Shown: in pieces, positions 1-8,403 of the stretch
How positions within the stretch are numbered: the stretch's first letter is position 1
Layout of the letters: each line of letters starts with the position of its first letter
Origin: Parcubacteria group bacterium Gr01-1014_8
Lineage (GTDB): Bacteria > Patescibacteriota > Minisyncoccia > Phycocordibacterales > UBA2100
Assembly (NCBI GenBank): GCA_007376385.1
Contig: VMGC01000001.1
Coordinates: 288,001-352,000, forward strand
Reading direction: 5' to 3'
Length of the DNA: 64,000 bases
The notes under the pieces: model-generated
Seen by the model: only the letters and a program-made list of their open reading frames with translations
Databases searched by the model: none
What the model was told of the DNA's origin: nothing
Made by a program: the position numbers and the translations under genes

Positions 1-2
1 TG

Positions 3-164
3 CTTTCCATTCCTCCTCGAGTTGCACACGGATACCGCGTGAGGGGAGATGAACCCGTTGGGATGCTCTATCATGCGGGGGAGGCGTATGATGCGGGGCG
101 GAAGGACCAGATAGGCACTATTCCGTTTAACTCGCCGGATATTAATTTCGATTGGAATTCATAA
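3..164 (+). CDS. rmlC: dTDP-4-dehydrorhamnose 3,5-epimerase (RmlC), C-terminal fragment; 5' end lies outside the window
   Basis: Frame +3 is open from the window edge to TAA at 162-164. The translation ...IPPRVAHGYRVRGDEPVGMLYHAGEAYDAGRKDQIGTIPFNSPDINFDWNS has the conserved RmlC C-terminal pattern (PxxxAHGF..LY....Y.P..E.G..ndP.l.I.WP). It lies next to rmlA/rmlB. Confidence 0.5.
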   Translation, partial: LSIPPRVAHGYRVRGDEPVGMLYHAGEAYDAGRKDQIGTIPFNSPDINFDWNS

Positions 165-311
165 TATGCCCCGTAACGAAATGTGCCTTAGGCTTGGGCA
201 ACGTATGAAAGCAAATCACCAAAAAGAACAAATCAACAAAGTCGGACTTTACCCGACCACGCCGCGGCAGCCGACAGGCGTCTGCCGCAAAGGCACATTT
301 ACTAACGGGGT

Positions 312-743
312 ATGACAATTGAACTTCGAGTTAAAAATTCTGGTTTGGTGCCGCGCACTTATAAAGAAGAGGGGGAGAGAGGCTCTCTGTTCGCGGCAGA
401 AGACCCGCATATTCCTTTTTCCATTCGCAGGATGTATGTCATCAGCGGCGTCGATAAAGGTGTGACGCGGGGCGACCATGCACATAAAAAAACGGATCAA
501 GTGATGTTCGTCGTGCAAGGTGAACTCACGTTGCATTTAGATGATGGGGAGACGAAGCAATCCATCAGGCTTACGAGTCGGGATGAAGGCATCCGGCTTG
601 CGCCAATGCTCTGGCACTATATGAGCGACTTTACGCCGGATTGTATGGCGCTTGTCGCCGCGAGTTTGCCGTACAATGAATCGGATTACATTCGCGATTA
701 CGAGGAATTCAAAAAATATGCCCGCACACTAAATTTGCGCTAA
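312..743 (+). CDS. WxcM/FdtA/QdtA-like dTDP-4-keto-6-deoxyhexose 3,4-ketoisomerase (cupin)
   Basis: 143-aa ORF. His-rich cupin core (GVTRGDHAHKKTDQVMFVVQGELTLHLDDGE) typical of sugar 3,4-ketoisomerases. Embedded in the rmlABC module, directly upstream of a DegT aminotransferase. Confidence 0.55.
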   Translation: MTIELRVKNSGLVPRTYKEEGERGSLFAAEDPHIPFSIRRMYVISGVDKGVTRGDHAHKKTDQVMFVVQGELTLHLDDGETKQSIRLTSRDEGIRLAPMLWHYMSDFTPDCMALVAASLPYNESDYIRDYEEFKKYARTLNLR

Positions 744-749
744 GATTTT

Positions 750-1016
750 ATGCACTACGTTTACACTCTCCTCAGTACGAAAGATAAGAATCTTTATGTT
801 GGGTGTACGAATAATCTTCGACGAAGACTTGCCGAACATGATGAAGGCGAATCCTTTGCTACTGCACCGCGCAGACCATTTAAGCTCGCGTATTATGAAG
901 CTTACGTCGCTGAAGATGATGCATTGAGGCGAGAGAAAATGCTTAAGCTGCGCGGTCAAGCACGAAAACATCTTATGACTCGTTTAGTCGCAAGTCTTCG
1001 CCAAGCGCAGAATTAG
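750..1016 (+). CDS. stand-alone GIY-YIG nuclease-superfamily mini-protein
   Basis: 88 aa. YVYTLLS...LYVGCTNNLRRRLAEHDEG matches the GIY-YIG motif (GIY...YVG...R...E). Small solo GIY-YIG ORFs are common selfish or unknown-function genes. Confidence 0.6.
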   Translation: MHYVYTLLSTKDKNLYVGCTNNLRRRLAEHDEGESFATAPRRPFKLAYYEAYVAEDDALRREKMLKLRGQARKHLMTRLVASLRQAQN

Positions 1017-1025
1017 TGTGCGGGT

Positions 1026-2126
1026 ATGTCCATTCCATTTAACGACCTTTCCCGCGCGGCACTTGAATCCGCTGAAGATTTGAAGGCAATAGTTGAGCGC
1101 GTGATTCTTTCGGGGCGATATGTGCTCGATAGTGAAGTGGCGGCGTTCGAAAAAGCTTTTGCATCATTCGTCGGTGTTCCGTATGCGGTTGGCGTAAATT
1201 CCGGAACAGACGCGATTTTTTTGGGGCTGCGCGCGCTCGATATAAAAAGCGGGGATGAAGTTGTGACGGTCGCAAACACGGCGACTGCGACGATAGCAGC
1301 GATACGCATGACCGGTGCAACGCCCGTGTTCACTGACATTGATACGAGCTATACCATGGATCCGAATGATCTGGAGAGACGTATCACGCCAAAGACAAAA
1401 GCCATTCTTCCCGTGCATTTATACGGATTTCCTGCGGACATGCATCGCATATCGAGTATCGCAAAAAAGCGTGGACTTCCTATTCTTGAAGATGCTGCGC
1501 AGGCGCACGGCGCAACTATAGGAGAGAGAACGGTGGGACGGTGGGGGGATATAGCGGCGTATAGTTTTTATCCGACGAAGAATCTCGGCGCACTTGGCGA
1601 TGCCGGTGCTATTGCCACGAATAACGAACATCTTGCAGAGCGTATGCGACGCCTGCGCGCGTACGGCGAGAAGGCACGCTATGAATCAGTTGAAGAGGGG
1701 GTGAACAGCCGCCTTGATGAGCTGCAAGCTGCCATTCTCACGTACTCGTTATCCCGTCTTCCAGTGCGCAATGCACGCCGGCGTCAGATAGCCGAGCAGT
1801 ATCTTATGTCAATCGATAATCCGGCCGTGACGCTTCCAAAACAAACCGAGGGGGAGAGGAAGGGCGTGTGGCACCTATTCGTTGTTGAAGTTGATTACCG
1901 GGAACATTTCATCGAACACATGACACAGGAGAAAATAGGGACGGCCATCCACTATCCGATGCCTGCTTATCGGCAGAAAGCATATTCGTTTCTCAACGTG
2001 AACCCAGCAGACTATCCGGTCACGGAGCGTACTGCTCCGCGCATTGTTTCTATTCCGCTGTTTCCCGAGTTGAAGGACGAAGAGGTTGACGCGATCATTG
2101 CTGCGGTGAATTCGTACGTTCGTTAG
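1026..2126 (+). CDS. DegT/DnrJ/EryC1/StrS-family PLP-dependent sugar aminotransferase (FdtB/QdtB-like dTDP-3-keto-6-deoxyhexose 3-aminotransferase)
   Basis: 366 aa. DegT-family hallmarks (VGVPYAVGVNSGTDAIFLGLRAL; PLP lysine in SFYPTKNLGALGDAGAI). Sits next to the FdtA-like isomerase and rmlAB. Confidence 0.75.
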   Translation: MSIPFNDLSRAALESAEDLKAIVERVILSGRYVLDSEVAAFEKAFASFVGVPYAVGVNSGTDAIFLGLRALDIKSGDEVVTVANTATATIAAIRMTGATPVFTDIDTSYTMDPNDLERRITPKTKAILPVHLYGFPADMHRISSIAKKRGLPILEDAAQAHGATIGERTVGRWGDIAAYSFYPTKNLGALGDAGAIATNNEHLAERMRRLRAYGEKARYESVEEGVNSRLDELQAAILTYSLSRLPVRNARRRQIAEQYLMSIDNPAVTLPKQTEGERKGVWHLFVVEVDYREHFIEHMTQEKIGTAIHYPMPAYRQKAYSFLNVNPADYPVTERTAPRIVSIPLFPELKDEEVDAIIAAVNSYVR

Positions 2127-3091
2127 GAACCTCTGTAGAACTCGATGGTCTTTTTCAATCCTTCAGCAAAGGATGTGCGCGGCTTCCAGCCGAGCTGTTT
2201 TTTTGCCTTCGACGAATCGAGGGAGTAACGAACATCGTGTCCGGGTCTGTCAGTTACGTACGTTATCATACGCGAGGCTTTATGAAGCGCGCGAAGCAGT
2301 ATTGTAGTGAGTTTTATATTGGAAAGCTCTGTTGTTCCTCCGAGATTGTATATTTCTCCACTTTTGCCTTTGTGGAACGCGCTATTGATTCCCTCGACAT
2401 TATCTTCGACGTATATCCAATTGCGGATGTTTCTTCCGTTTCCGTAGAGCGGCACCTTTTTATTCGCTAACAGATGAGTGATAAAGAGCGGAATTATCTT
2501 TTCCTCATACTGAAAAGGCCCATAATTGTTCGAAGAGCGCGTGATAACAGTGTCAAGACCAAATGTTTTGTTGTACGCGCGCACGAGCATTTCCGCGCTC
2601 GCCTTTGATGCACTGTACGGACTATTCGGGAACAATCCGTCGTCCTCTTTCGATGAGCGGGCGTGTGGGGCGAGCGAGCCGTATACTTCATCAGTCGAAA
2701 TGTGATGAAAGCGCTTCAGTTGGTATTTTTTCGCCAGTATAAGCAGGTTGTGCGTGCCGATGACATTTGTTTCTATAAAAATGTCGGGGTTCGAAATGCT
2801 GACATCGACGTGGCTCTCGGCCGCAAAGTGAATGATGTGCGTTGGTCTGTATTTCTTGAAAATTCTTTCCATTGTTTTAAGGTCGCGGATGTCAGCTTTT
2901 TCGAACGTGTAATTCGATTCTGATTCGACCTGCACATTCTTAATTCTGCCGGCGTAGGTTAGGGCGTCGACATTGATGAAAAAATACTTCGGGTACTTTC
3001 GCACAGCCCAATTGAGATAATTACTGCCGATGAATCCCGCGCCACCGGTGACAAGAATGCGTTTTGCGAATTTATTTCTTGTGGCGGTCAT
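2123..3091 (-). CDS. rmlB: dTDP-glucose 4,6-dehydratase
   Basis: 322 aa. N-terminal ILVTGGAGFIGSNYL Rossmann motif and the extended-SDR YSASKAS catalytic Y-x3-K characteristic of RmlB/RfbB. Convergent 4-nt overlap with the aminotransferase gene. Confidence 0.85.
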   Translation of the reverse strand: MTATRNKFAKRILVTGGAGFIGSNYLNWAVRKYPKYFFINVDALTYAGRIKNVQVESESNYTFEKADIRDLKTMERIFKKYRPTHIIHFAAESHVDVSISNPDIFIETNVIGTHNLLILAKKYQLKRFHHISTDEVYGSLAPHARSSKEDDGLFPNSPYSASKASAEMLVRAYNKTFGLDTVITRSSNNYGPFQYEEKIIPLFITHLLANKKVPLYGNGRNIRNWIYVEDNVEGINSAFHKGKSGEIYNLGGTTELSNIKLTTILLRALHKASRMITYVTDRPGHDVRYSLDSSKAKKQLGWKPRTSFAEGLKKTIEFYRGS

Positions 3092-3839
3092 GTTTCTTTT
3101 TTATGTGATGGGATACGTCTATGAGACTATCTATCGTGCCGATGTCGCTCCACTTCTTTTTTAGGTGTGTAGCTCGCAACTTGCCTTCCTTGATGTATTT
3201 GTTGTTGACGTATGTTATTTCGTATTCACCACGTGCAGACGGTTTTTGGTCCCTCATCTTTTCAAAGACCGTGTTGTCGTATAGGTAGATGCCCGCGACA
3301 GCGAGATCACTCTTTGGTTTTTTCGGCTTTTCTTCGATGCTAAGCACTTCGCCTTCCTTTCCCAAAGTCGCGATGCCAAATCGATGAGGGTCTGGGACTT
3401 TCTTCAAGAAAACCATTGCTCCTTCTGTGAAGTCTCGGATATGCGCGCTAAGGTCGTCTTCAAAATAATTGTCGCCGAGGAAAAGAATGCATGGCTCATC
3501 GCCGACGTAGTCGCGCGCAATATACAGTCCTTGAGCGATTCCTCCTGGTTCGTTTTGGATACCGTAGGCAATTTGTATCTGCGATTCGTCCGTATTACGT
3601 GGCTTCCAATGCTGACCACTGCCAAGCGTGCGGACGAAACTGTCGATATGGTCTGGCGAAGTAACGACCATGATGCGACTGATACCTGCTTCAACCAATT
3701 TTTCTATGGCGTGGTATATGACCGGCTTATCGTACAGGGGGAGGAGATGCTTGTTAGTCGCAAGGGTGAGGGGGCGGAGTCTTGTACCTGAGCCGCCGGC
3801 GAGGATAATAGCCTTCCGTATCTTCATAAGTTTTGCCAT
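3072..3839 (-). CDS. rmlA: glucose-1-phosphate thymidylyltransferase
   Basis: 255 aa. KAIILAGGSGTRLRPLTLATNKHLLPLYDKPVIYH is the sugar-nucleotidyltransferase signature. Immediately upstream of rmlB on the same strand, with a 20-nt overlap. Confidence 0.75.
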   Translation of the reverse strand: MAKLMKIRKAIILAGGSGTRLRPLTLATNKHLLPLYDKPVIYHAIEKLVEAGISRIMVVTSPDHIDSFVRTLGSGQHWKPRNTDESQIQIAYGIQNEPGGIAQGLYIARDYVGDEPCILFLGDNYFEDDLSAHIRDFTEGAMVFLKKVPDPHRFGIATLGKEGEVLSIEEKPKKPKSDLAVAGIYLYDNTVFEKMRDQKPSARGEYEITYVNNKYIKEGKLRATHLKKKWSDIGTIDSLIDVSHHIKKKHDRHKK

Positions 3840-3880
3840 TCTTGCATAAATGTCGTGTAATGTAAAAGGAGGCTCGCTAG

Positions 3881-3982
3881 GGGCGAAACAGCGTTCTTCC
3901 GGGTACGTAATTTTTCTGCTGAAAAATTACTCGGGCTTCACGCCGTCGCGTTGCAGAGCCCCTACAGAACGCTGTTTCGCCC
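3881..3982. promoter_or_regulatory. structured divergent-promoter region: perfect 17-bp inverted repeat (GGGCGAAACAGCGTTCT at 3881-3897 / AGAACGCTGTTTCGCCC at 3966-3982) enclosing a nested 9-bp inverted repeat (GTAATTTTT/AAAAATTAC, about 3906-3930)
   Basis: Read directly in the 230-nt gap between divergently oriented rmlA (-) and the methyltransferase gene (+). Confidence 0.4.
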
Positions 3983-4068
3983 TACGCTCGCAGGGGTGGA
4001 GGAGGAGATTTTTTTGTGTGCGACGCGTTGAATGTTCCAACCATCGTATCCCTGTTATACTCGCAACG

Positions 4069-4620
4069 ATGAAATACACGGAGCCCGACATCGATACGGC
4101 GTACCATACGAGTACCATCGGGAAATCGCTCTACGACCAAGTTCTTCTGCATAAACCGAAGAAAATCGTGGAAATAGGCACCCTCCACGGATACACGACT
4201 GCCATTATGGCGATGGCGCTCGATGAGTTAGGCGGGGGGCATATCAATGCATACGATTTATTTGAGGAGTATCCGTACAAGCACCCGACGTATGATGGCA
4301 CGATGGCAAATATCGGGAAGTACGGACTCTCAAAATACGTCACTCTCGCAAAAAAGGGTCTCGACGAATGGCTTGCTGCGCCCGAAGATTTTGATCTCAT
4401 GTATGTAGACGTATCAAATACGGGCGACACGATTGATGCGGTATATGCTGGTGTGAAAGATAAAATTGAAAAAGGTGCCGTTGTGCTTTTTGAGGGCGGT
4501 TCGAATGACCGGGATAAAGTTGAGTGGATATCAAAGTACAATAAGAGGCCCATCGGAGATGCAAAGGCGCCATTCAAAGTTATTGATGAGAATTTTCCTT
4601 CGCTTTCGATGCTAGGATAA
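4069..4620 (+). CDS. class I SAM-dependent (O-)methyltransferase, family-3/CmcI-like
   Basis: Track ORF 3850..4620, trimmed to the internal ATG at 4069 because the upstream part is the hairpin region. KIVEIGTLHGYTTAIMA is the glycine-rich SAM-binding motif I. Confidence 0.5.
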   Translation: MKYTEPDIDTAYHTSTIGKSLYDQVLLHKPKKIVEIGTLHGYTTAIMAMALDELGGGHINAYDLFEEYPYKHPTYDGTMANIGKYGLSKYVTLAKKGLDEWLAAPEDFDLMYVDVSNTGDTIDAVYAGVKDKIEKGAVVLFEGGSNDRDKVEWISKYNKRPIGDAKAPFKVIDENFPSLSMLG

Positions 4621-4626
4621 AACGGT

Positions 4627-5454
4627 ATGACAAAACGGCTTGCGGTAGTTGCTGGCGGATGGCATTTCCCCTTAGGTTTTTATGAAGCGATGTCTCGTCA
4701 GCAAATACCTGAAGGCTGGGAAGTTGAGTTTTTTTGCGTCTCTCATCGCGACCCGAAGCATTCTAAAGAGGAGAAAGAAGAAATCCTAGCAAACCTCGGT
4801 TGGAGTCATCGCGAAGCACTCGACCGGGTTCTCTACAAGGATTTTGCAACTATCGAATCAATGAGCGCGCTTGGGTGGAAGTACAAGGAATATCCGAACA
4901 CGATAGGCGATTGGGGCATGTCGAATCAATGGCTCGGGGAACATGATTACAAAGGGTACGAAATGTTTCTTTTTACGCACGACGATAATTTGATACTTAC
5001 CGATAAAATGCTCGTGGAAGTTTTGCAGGATACAAAAGACTGGCTCGTACTCTCGAACTCAACAGGCAATTCTCAGCGTCGTTTGCGGCAATGGCTAAGG
5101 CTACCGAAGAAATTGCATTTGCGCGGGTCATTCGAATTCTTCAGACACGAGATGCTCGATAAGATGGGAGGGAAATTTGACCTTTCGGAAACGACGCTTA
5201 CGCGCGAGGGTACGGTAGATACGCCGGGAAAATTCACGGCTCTTTCTGATTGGGGAACTACTGTTTTTCCGCTCGAGAAACTTATTGCACGAGAAAATCT
5301 TCAATCACGAATTCATTTTCTTTCGCAGTATTATCGAATGAGTAAATACTGTCTTGAAGGCGAGCGCGGGTTCATTCACAGCACTCACTTCTCAAATACC
5401 GCAGAAGAGGAGAAGGGGCTTAGAAGCATCGCAGCAGGACAAAAAGCCGCATGA
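4627..5454 (+). CDS. hypothetical protein (no recognisable family; possible unrecognised transferase, contains an FTHDDN acidic motif)
   Basis: 275-aa ORF with ATGA 4-nt overlap to the downstream GT4 gene, tightly packed in an operon-like arrangement. Confidence 0.45.
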   Translation: MTKRLAVVAGGWHFPLGFYEAMSRQQIPEGWEVEFFCVSHRDPKHSKEEKEEILANLGWSHREALDRVLYKDFATIESMSALGWKYKEYPNTIGDWGMSNQWLGEHDYKGYEMFLFTHDDNLILTDKMLVEVLQDTKDWLVLSNSTGNSQRRLRQWLRLPKKLHLRGSFEFFRHEMLDKMGGKFDLSETTLTREGTVDTPGKFTALSDWGTTVFPLEKLIARENLQSRIHFLSQYYRMSKYCLEGERGFIHSTHFSNTAEEEKGLRSIAAGQKAA

Positions 5455-6581
5455 ACATTGTATACATCACAAGTGCGCGTATACCGTCAGAACGGGCCTA
5501 TGGCTATGCCATCACCAAACTCTGCGAAGAGTGGGGGAAGGCGGGGCATGATGTGAGGTTGATATTGCCGGAGAGGGAACATGGTCTGCAAGATGACCTG
5601 TTCGAATACTACAAACTCGAGAGGACATTCACCATAGAAAAGATTTCGGCAAGTGACTGGATTGGAAAAAGTCTGTCGACATCGCGCGTTCACTTTGCCC
5701 TCGATCTTCTTGCGTTCGTGATCTCGTTGCGAACAGTACGATTTGATGCGGACACAGCCATCTACACCCGTGAATATCTGCTTGCGCTCACACTTCCGGC
5801 ACGGAATCTTTTTTTGGAAGTGCACACGGTACACAGCAAAGGTTTTTTGTTTCGCCGTGCATTAGGACGGGTGCGCGGGATCGTTGCGATAAGTGAGGGC
5901 GTGAAAAAGGAACTGGTCGCTCTTGGTGTCGCAGAAGAAAAAATTAAGGTTGCTCATGACGGGGTCGATCTGGATCCATTTGCACAGGCTCCGGCGGACA
6001 GAAGCGTCTGGAGGCAGTTTGGTGTCGAGCCGTCACAAAATGTTGTGTTATACGCCGGTCATTTTTACGAGTGGAAAGGAGCCGATACCTTGGCGGTCGC
6101 TGGAAAAATGCTCCCATCTGATGTGCACACGGTCCTAGTAGGAGGTGTAGATAACGAGCTGCGCGACTTTAGAGAGAAATATGCCGCTTCAAATGTGCAC
6201 ATCGCGCCGCATCGATCACGCGCAACGATACCTGTCTTACTGAAAAGCGCGGATGTGCTCGTTCTTCCGAACAGCGCAAAGGCGGAAATCTCGCGCTCAC
6301 ACGCCTCGCCGCTGAAGCTGTTCGAATACATGGCCGCGGGCGTCGCAATTGTTGCGTCCGATGTGCCTAGTCTGCGTGAAGTACTTTCTGAGGATACAGC
6401 TTTTTTCTTTAAGGCCGATGACTCGAATAGTCTCGCGGAGGTTATCGGCCGCGTGCTCAAATTGCCGGACGACGCACATTCCAGAGCTGAACAGGCAAAG
6501 AAAAAGGCGGACACATACACATGGCGTGGTCGCGCTGCCGACATCGCACAATTTCTCGACAGACTGGGGAGCAAGGGATAG
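5451..6581 (+). CDS. glycosyltransferase family 4 (GT-B)
   Basis: 376 aa. C-terminal E-x7-E type motif (ASPLKLFEYMAAGVAIVASDVPSLREVL) typical of GT4/GT1 retaining transferases. Confidence 0.8.
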   Translation: MNIVYITSARIPSERAYGYAITKLCEEWGKAGHDVRLILPEREHGLQDDLFEYYKLERTFTIEKISASDWIGKSLSTSRVHFALDLLAFVISLRTVRFDADTAIYTREYLLALTLPARNLFLEVHTVHSKGFLFRRALGRVRGIVAISEGVKKELVALGVAEEKIKVAHDGVDLDPFAQAPADRSVWRQFGVEPSQNVVLYAGHFYEWKGADTLAVAGKMLPSDVHTVLVGGVDNELRDFREKYAASNVHIAPHRSRATIPVLLKSADVLVLPNSAKAEISRSHASPLKLFEYMAAGVAIVASDVPSLREVLSEDTAFFFKADDSNSLAEVIGRVLKLPDDAHSRAEQAKKKADTYTWRGRAADIAQFLDRLGSKG

Positions 6582-6591
6582 CATAGACTTT

Positions 6592-8403
6592 ATGCGGTTT
6601 TTTAGGCGCCTCGGGAATATGTTCCGCCTGCTTCGGCGGGCATATGGTGCATATTCGACGCAAATAGCGGCGCTTGCTGCCCTGGGCTTTTTGGGCGGAT
6701 TGCTTGAAGGCATCGGCATCAATGCGGTTGTCCCGCTTCTGACATTCATTTTTACGGAGTCCGCGCAGGCGTTTGACCCGATCTCGAATATTCTGCGGTC
6801 AGTGTTCACATTCATCGGCATTGATTTCGCCCCCAAATATTTGCTCGCGTTCATCGTGATCATGTTCCTTGCGCGCGCTGCGGTGATGTACGCGCTCTCG
6901 TATATTCAGACGGTCATATCATTCAACTATGAGCGAGATACGCGAGTACGCGTGTTCGAAACCCTCCTGCGTTCTTCGTGGTCGCATCATCTGGCAAGGA
7001 AATTCGGACATCTGGAGACTATCATCATGATAGACGCTCCGGCGAGCACGAATCTTCTCCGCAAGTTGAGCAATCTCATCACGCTCGCGACGGGGCTCAT
7101 AATGTATCTCATTGTGGCGTTCAATATTTCTCCTGCCGTTACATTTCTGACGTTCGCCGTCGGTGTATGCGGGCTCCTTTTCTTCAGATACTTTTTGACG
7201 ATGATTCACGCGAGAAGTTCGGAGCGTGTCGCGCTCAACAAAGAAGTCGCCCACTACATGGGGGAATACGCGGCGGGCGCGAAGGCGATAAAGGCATCCG
7301 GCACTGAGGAGGTTGTCGCGGAAAGCGGTGTGGATCTTTTTTCCCGTTTAAGGAATATTTCTGTAAGCATATCCCTTGTACAGCAGGTAGCCGTACTCAT
7401 TATTCCGCCGGCCGGGATTCTATATATCGCGCTCATATTCGGTGTTGCGTACCGTACTGATTTCATCCAGCTTGCCGCGCTTCCCGCTATTATTTACCTC
7501 ATTTACCGCATCTCGCTGTACGCTCAGCAAGGGCAGGACCACCTGCAGGGTATTCAGGAACTCGTCCCTCATTTGCAGAGCGTGCTCGCGTTCGAGGAGA
7601 AATCGCGACAGAAAGAAGAGCACATCGGCGGAGATAAATTATTCGCCTTCCACAAGGAACTTCGATTTGACGATGTTCATTTTTCCTACGACGACGGTCG
7701 CGAAGCGCTAAAAGGCGTGTCATTTACTGTTAAGGGGCGCTCAACGGTTGGTATTGTCGGTCCTTCCGGTGCAGGGAAGACGACATCGGTCGATTTGATG
7801 CTGAGGCTCTTGGAGCCGACGAACGGGGCGATCACACTCGATGGTGTAAATGTGCGCGATATTTCACTGCAATCATGGCGCGCAAAAACGGGGTATGTAC
7901 CACAAGAACCGTTCCTGTTGCACGATACGATACGGAACAACGTTCTTTTTCAATTTAAAGGAAACGGAGGACAAGACGCGCTTTCCGATGCAGATGTGTG
8001 GCACTTTCTCAAGATGGCGGATGCGGAAGATTTTGTTCGCGCGATGCCGGAGGGGCTCGATTCAATGGTCGGGGACAGAGGCGTAACACTTTCAGCAGGG
8101 CAGAGACAAAGGCTCGTCATTGCGCGTGAGCTTGCTCGAAAGCCGGAACTCCTCATTCTCGACGAGGCGACGAGCGCGCTCGATAGTGAATCAGAGGCGC
8201 GTTTGCAGAAGGTCATCCAGAAACTCAAGGGTTCGGTTACTATCGTCATTATTGCCCATCGTCTCTCGACTATCTTGGAGTCGGATAAGCTTGTTGTTCT
8301 AAAAGAAGGCACGGTAGCTGAGCCAATAGCCAGCCCTGAAGCGATGCTTCGTACCGCCGGCTCGTATTTAAGCCACATTTTCTCGCTGAATAAATCACTA
8401 TGA
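6592..8403 (+). CDS. ABC exporter, fused permease plus ATPase (MsbA/PglK-like; candidate lipid-linked glycan flippase)
   Basis: Track ORF 6349..8403 overlaps the GT4 gene, so it is trimmed to the ATG at 6592 (MRFFRRLGNMF...). Has an N-terminal 6-TM domain, Walker A GPSGAGKTT, signature LSAGQRQRLVIAREL, and Walker B LLILDEATSALD. Confidence 0.8.
   Translation: MRFFRRLGNMFRLLRRAYGAYSTQIAALAALGFLGGLLEGIGINAVVPLLTFIFTESAQAFDPISNILRSVFTFIGIDFAPKYLLAFIVIMFLARAAVMYALSYIQTVISFNYERDTRVRVFETLLRSSWSHHLARKFGHLETIIMIDAPASTNLLRKLSNLITLATGLIMYLIVAFNISPAVTFLTFAVGVCGLLFFRYFLTMIHARSSERVALNKEVAHYMGEYAAGAKAIKASGTEEVVAESGVDLFSRLRNISVSISLVQQVAVLIIPPAGILYIALIFGVAYRTDFIQLAALPAIIYLIYRISLYAQQGQDHLQGIQELVPHLQSVLAFEEKSRQKEEHIGGDKLFAFHKELRFDDVHFSYDDGREALKGVSFTVKGRSTVGIVGPSGAGKTTSVDLMLRLLEPTNGAITLDGVNVRDISLQSWRAKTGYVPQEPFLLHDTIRNNVLFQFKGNGGQDALSDADVWHFLKMADAEDFVRAMPEGLDSMVGDRGVTLSAGQRQRLVIARELARKPELLILDEATSALDSESEARLQKVIQKLKGSVTIVIIAHRLSTILESDKLVVLKEGTVAEPIASPEAMLRTAGSYLSHIFSLNKSL

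Noticed and set aside
249-971. Minus-strand ORFs 249-536 and 729-971
   Set aside because: Antisense to the well-supported FdtA-like and GIY-YIG genes, with no family resemblance.
3850-4068. 5' extension of the methyltransferase ORF (track start 3850)
   Set aside because: The region is occupied by the 17-bp inverted-repeat hairpins, and its translation (MSCNVKGGSLGAKQRSSGYVIFLL...) has no MTase-like features. The internal ATG at 4069 precedes the conserved domain.
6349-6591. 5' extension of the ABC transporter ORF (track start 6349) overlapping the GT4 gene by 233 nt
   Set aside because: The extension translates to low-complexity sequence (MLRPMCLVCVKYFL...). A proper ATG at 6592 gives an MsbA-like N-terminus just after the GT4 stop.
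6065-6863. Minus-strand ORFs 6065-6574 (169 aa) and 6297-6863 (188 aa)
   Set aside because: Antisense to the GT4 and ABC transporter genes, with low-complexity Ser/Ala/Arg-rich translations.
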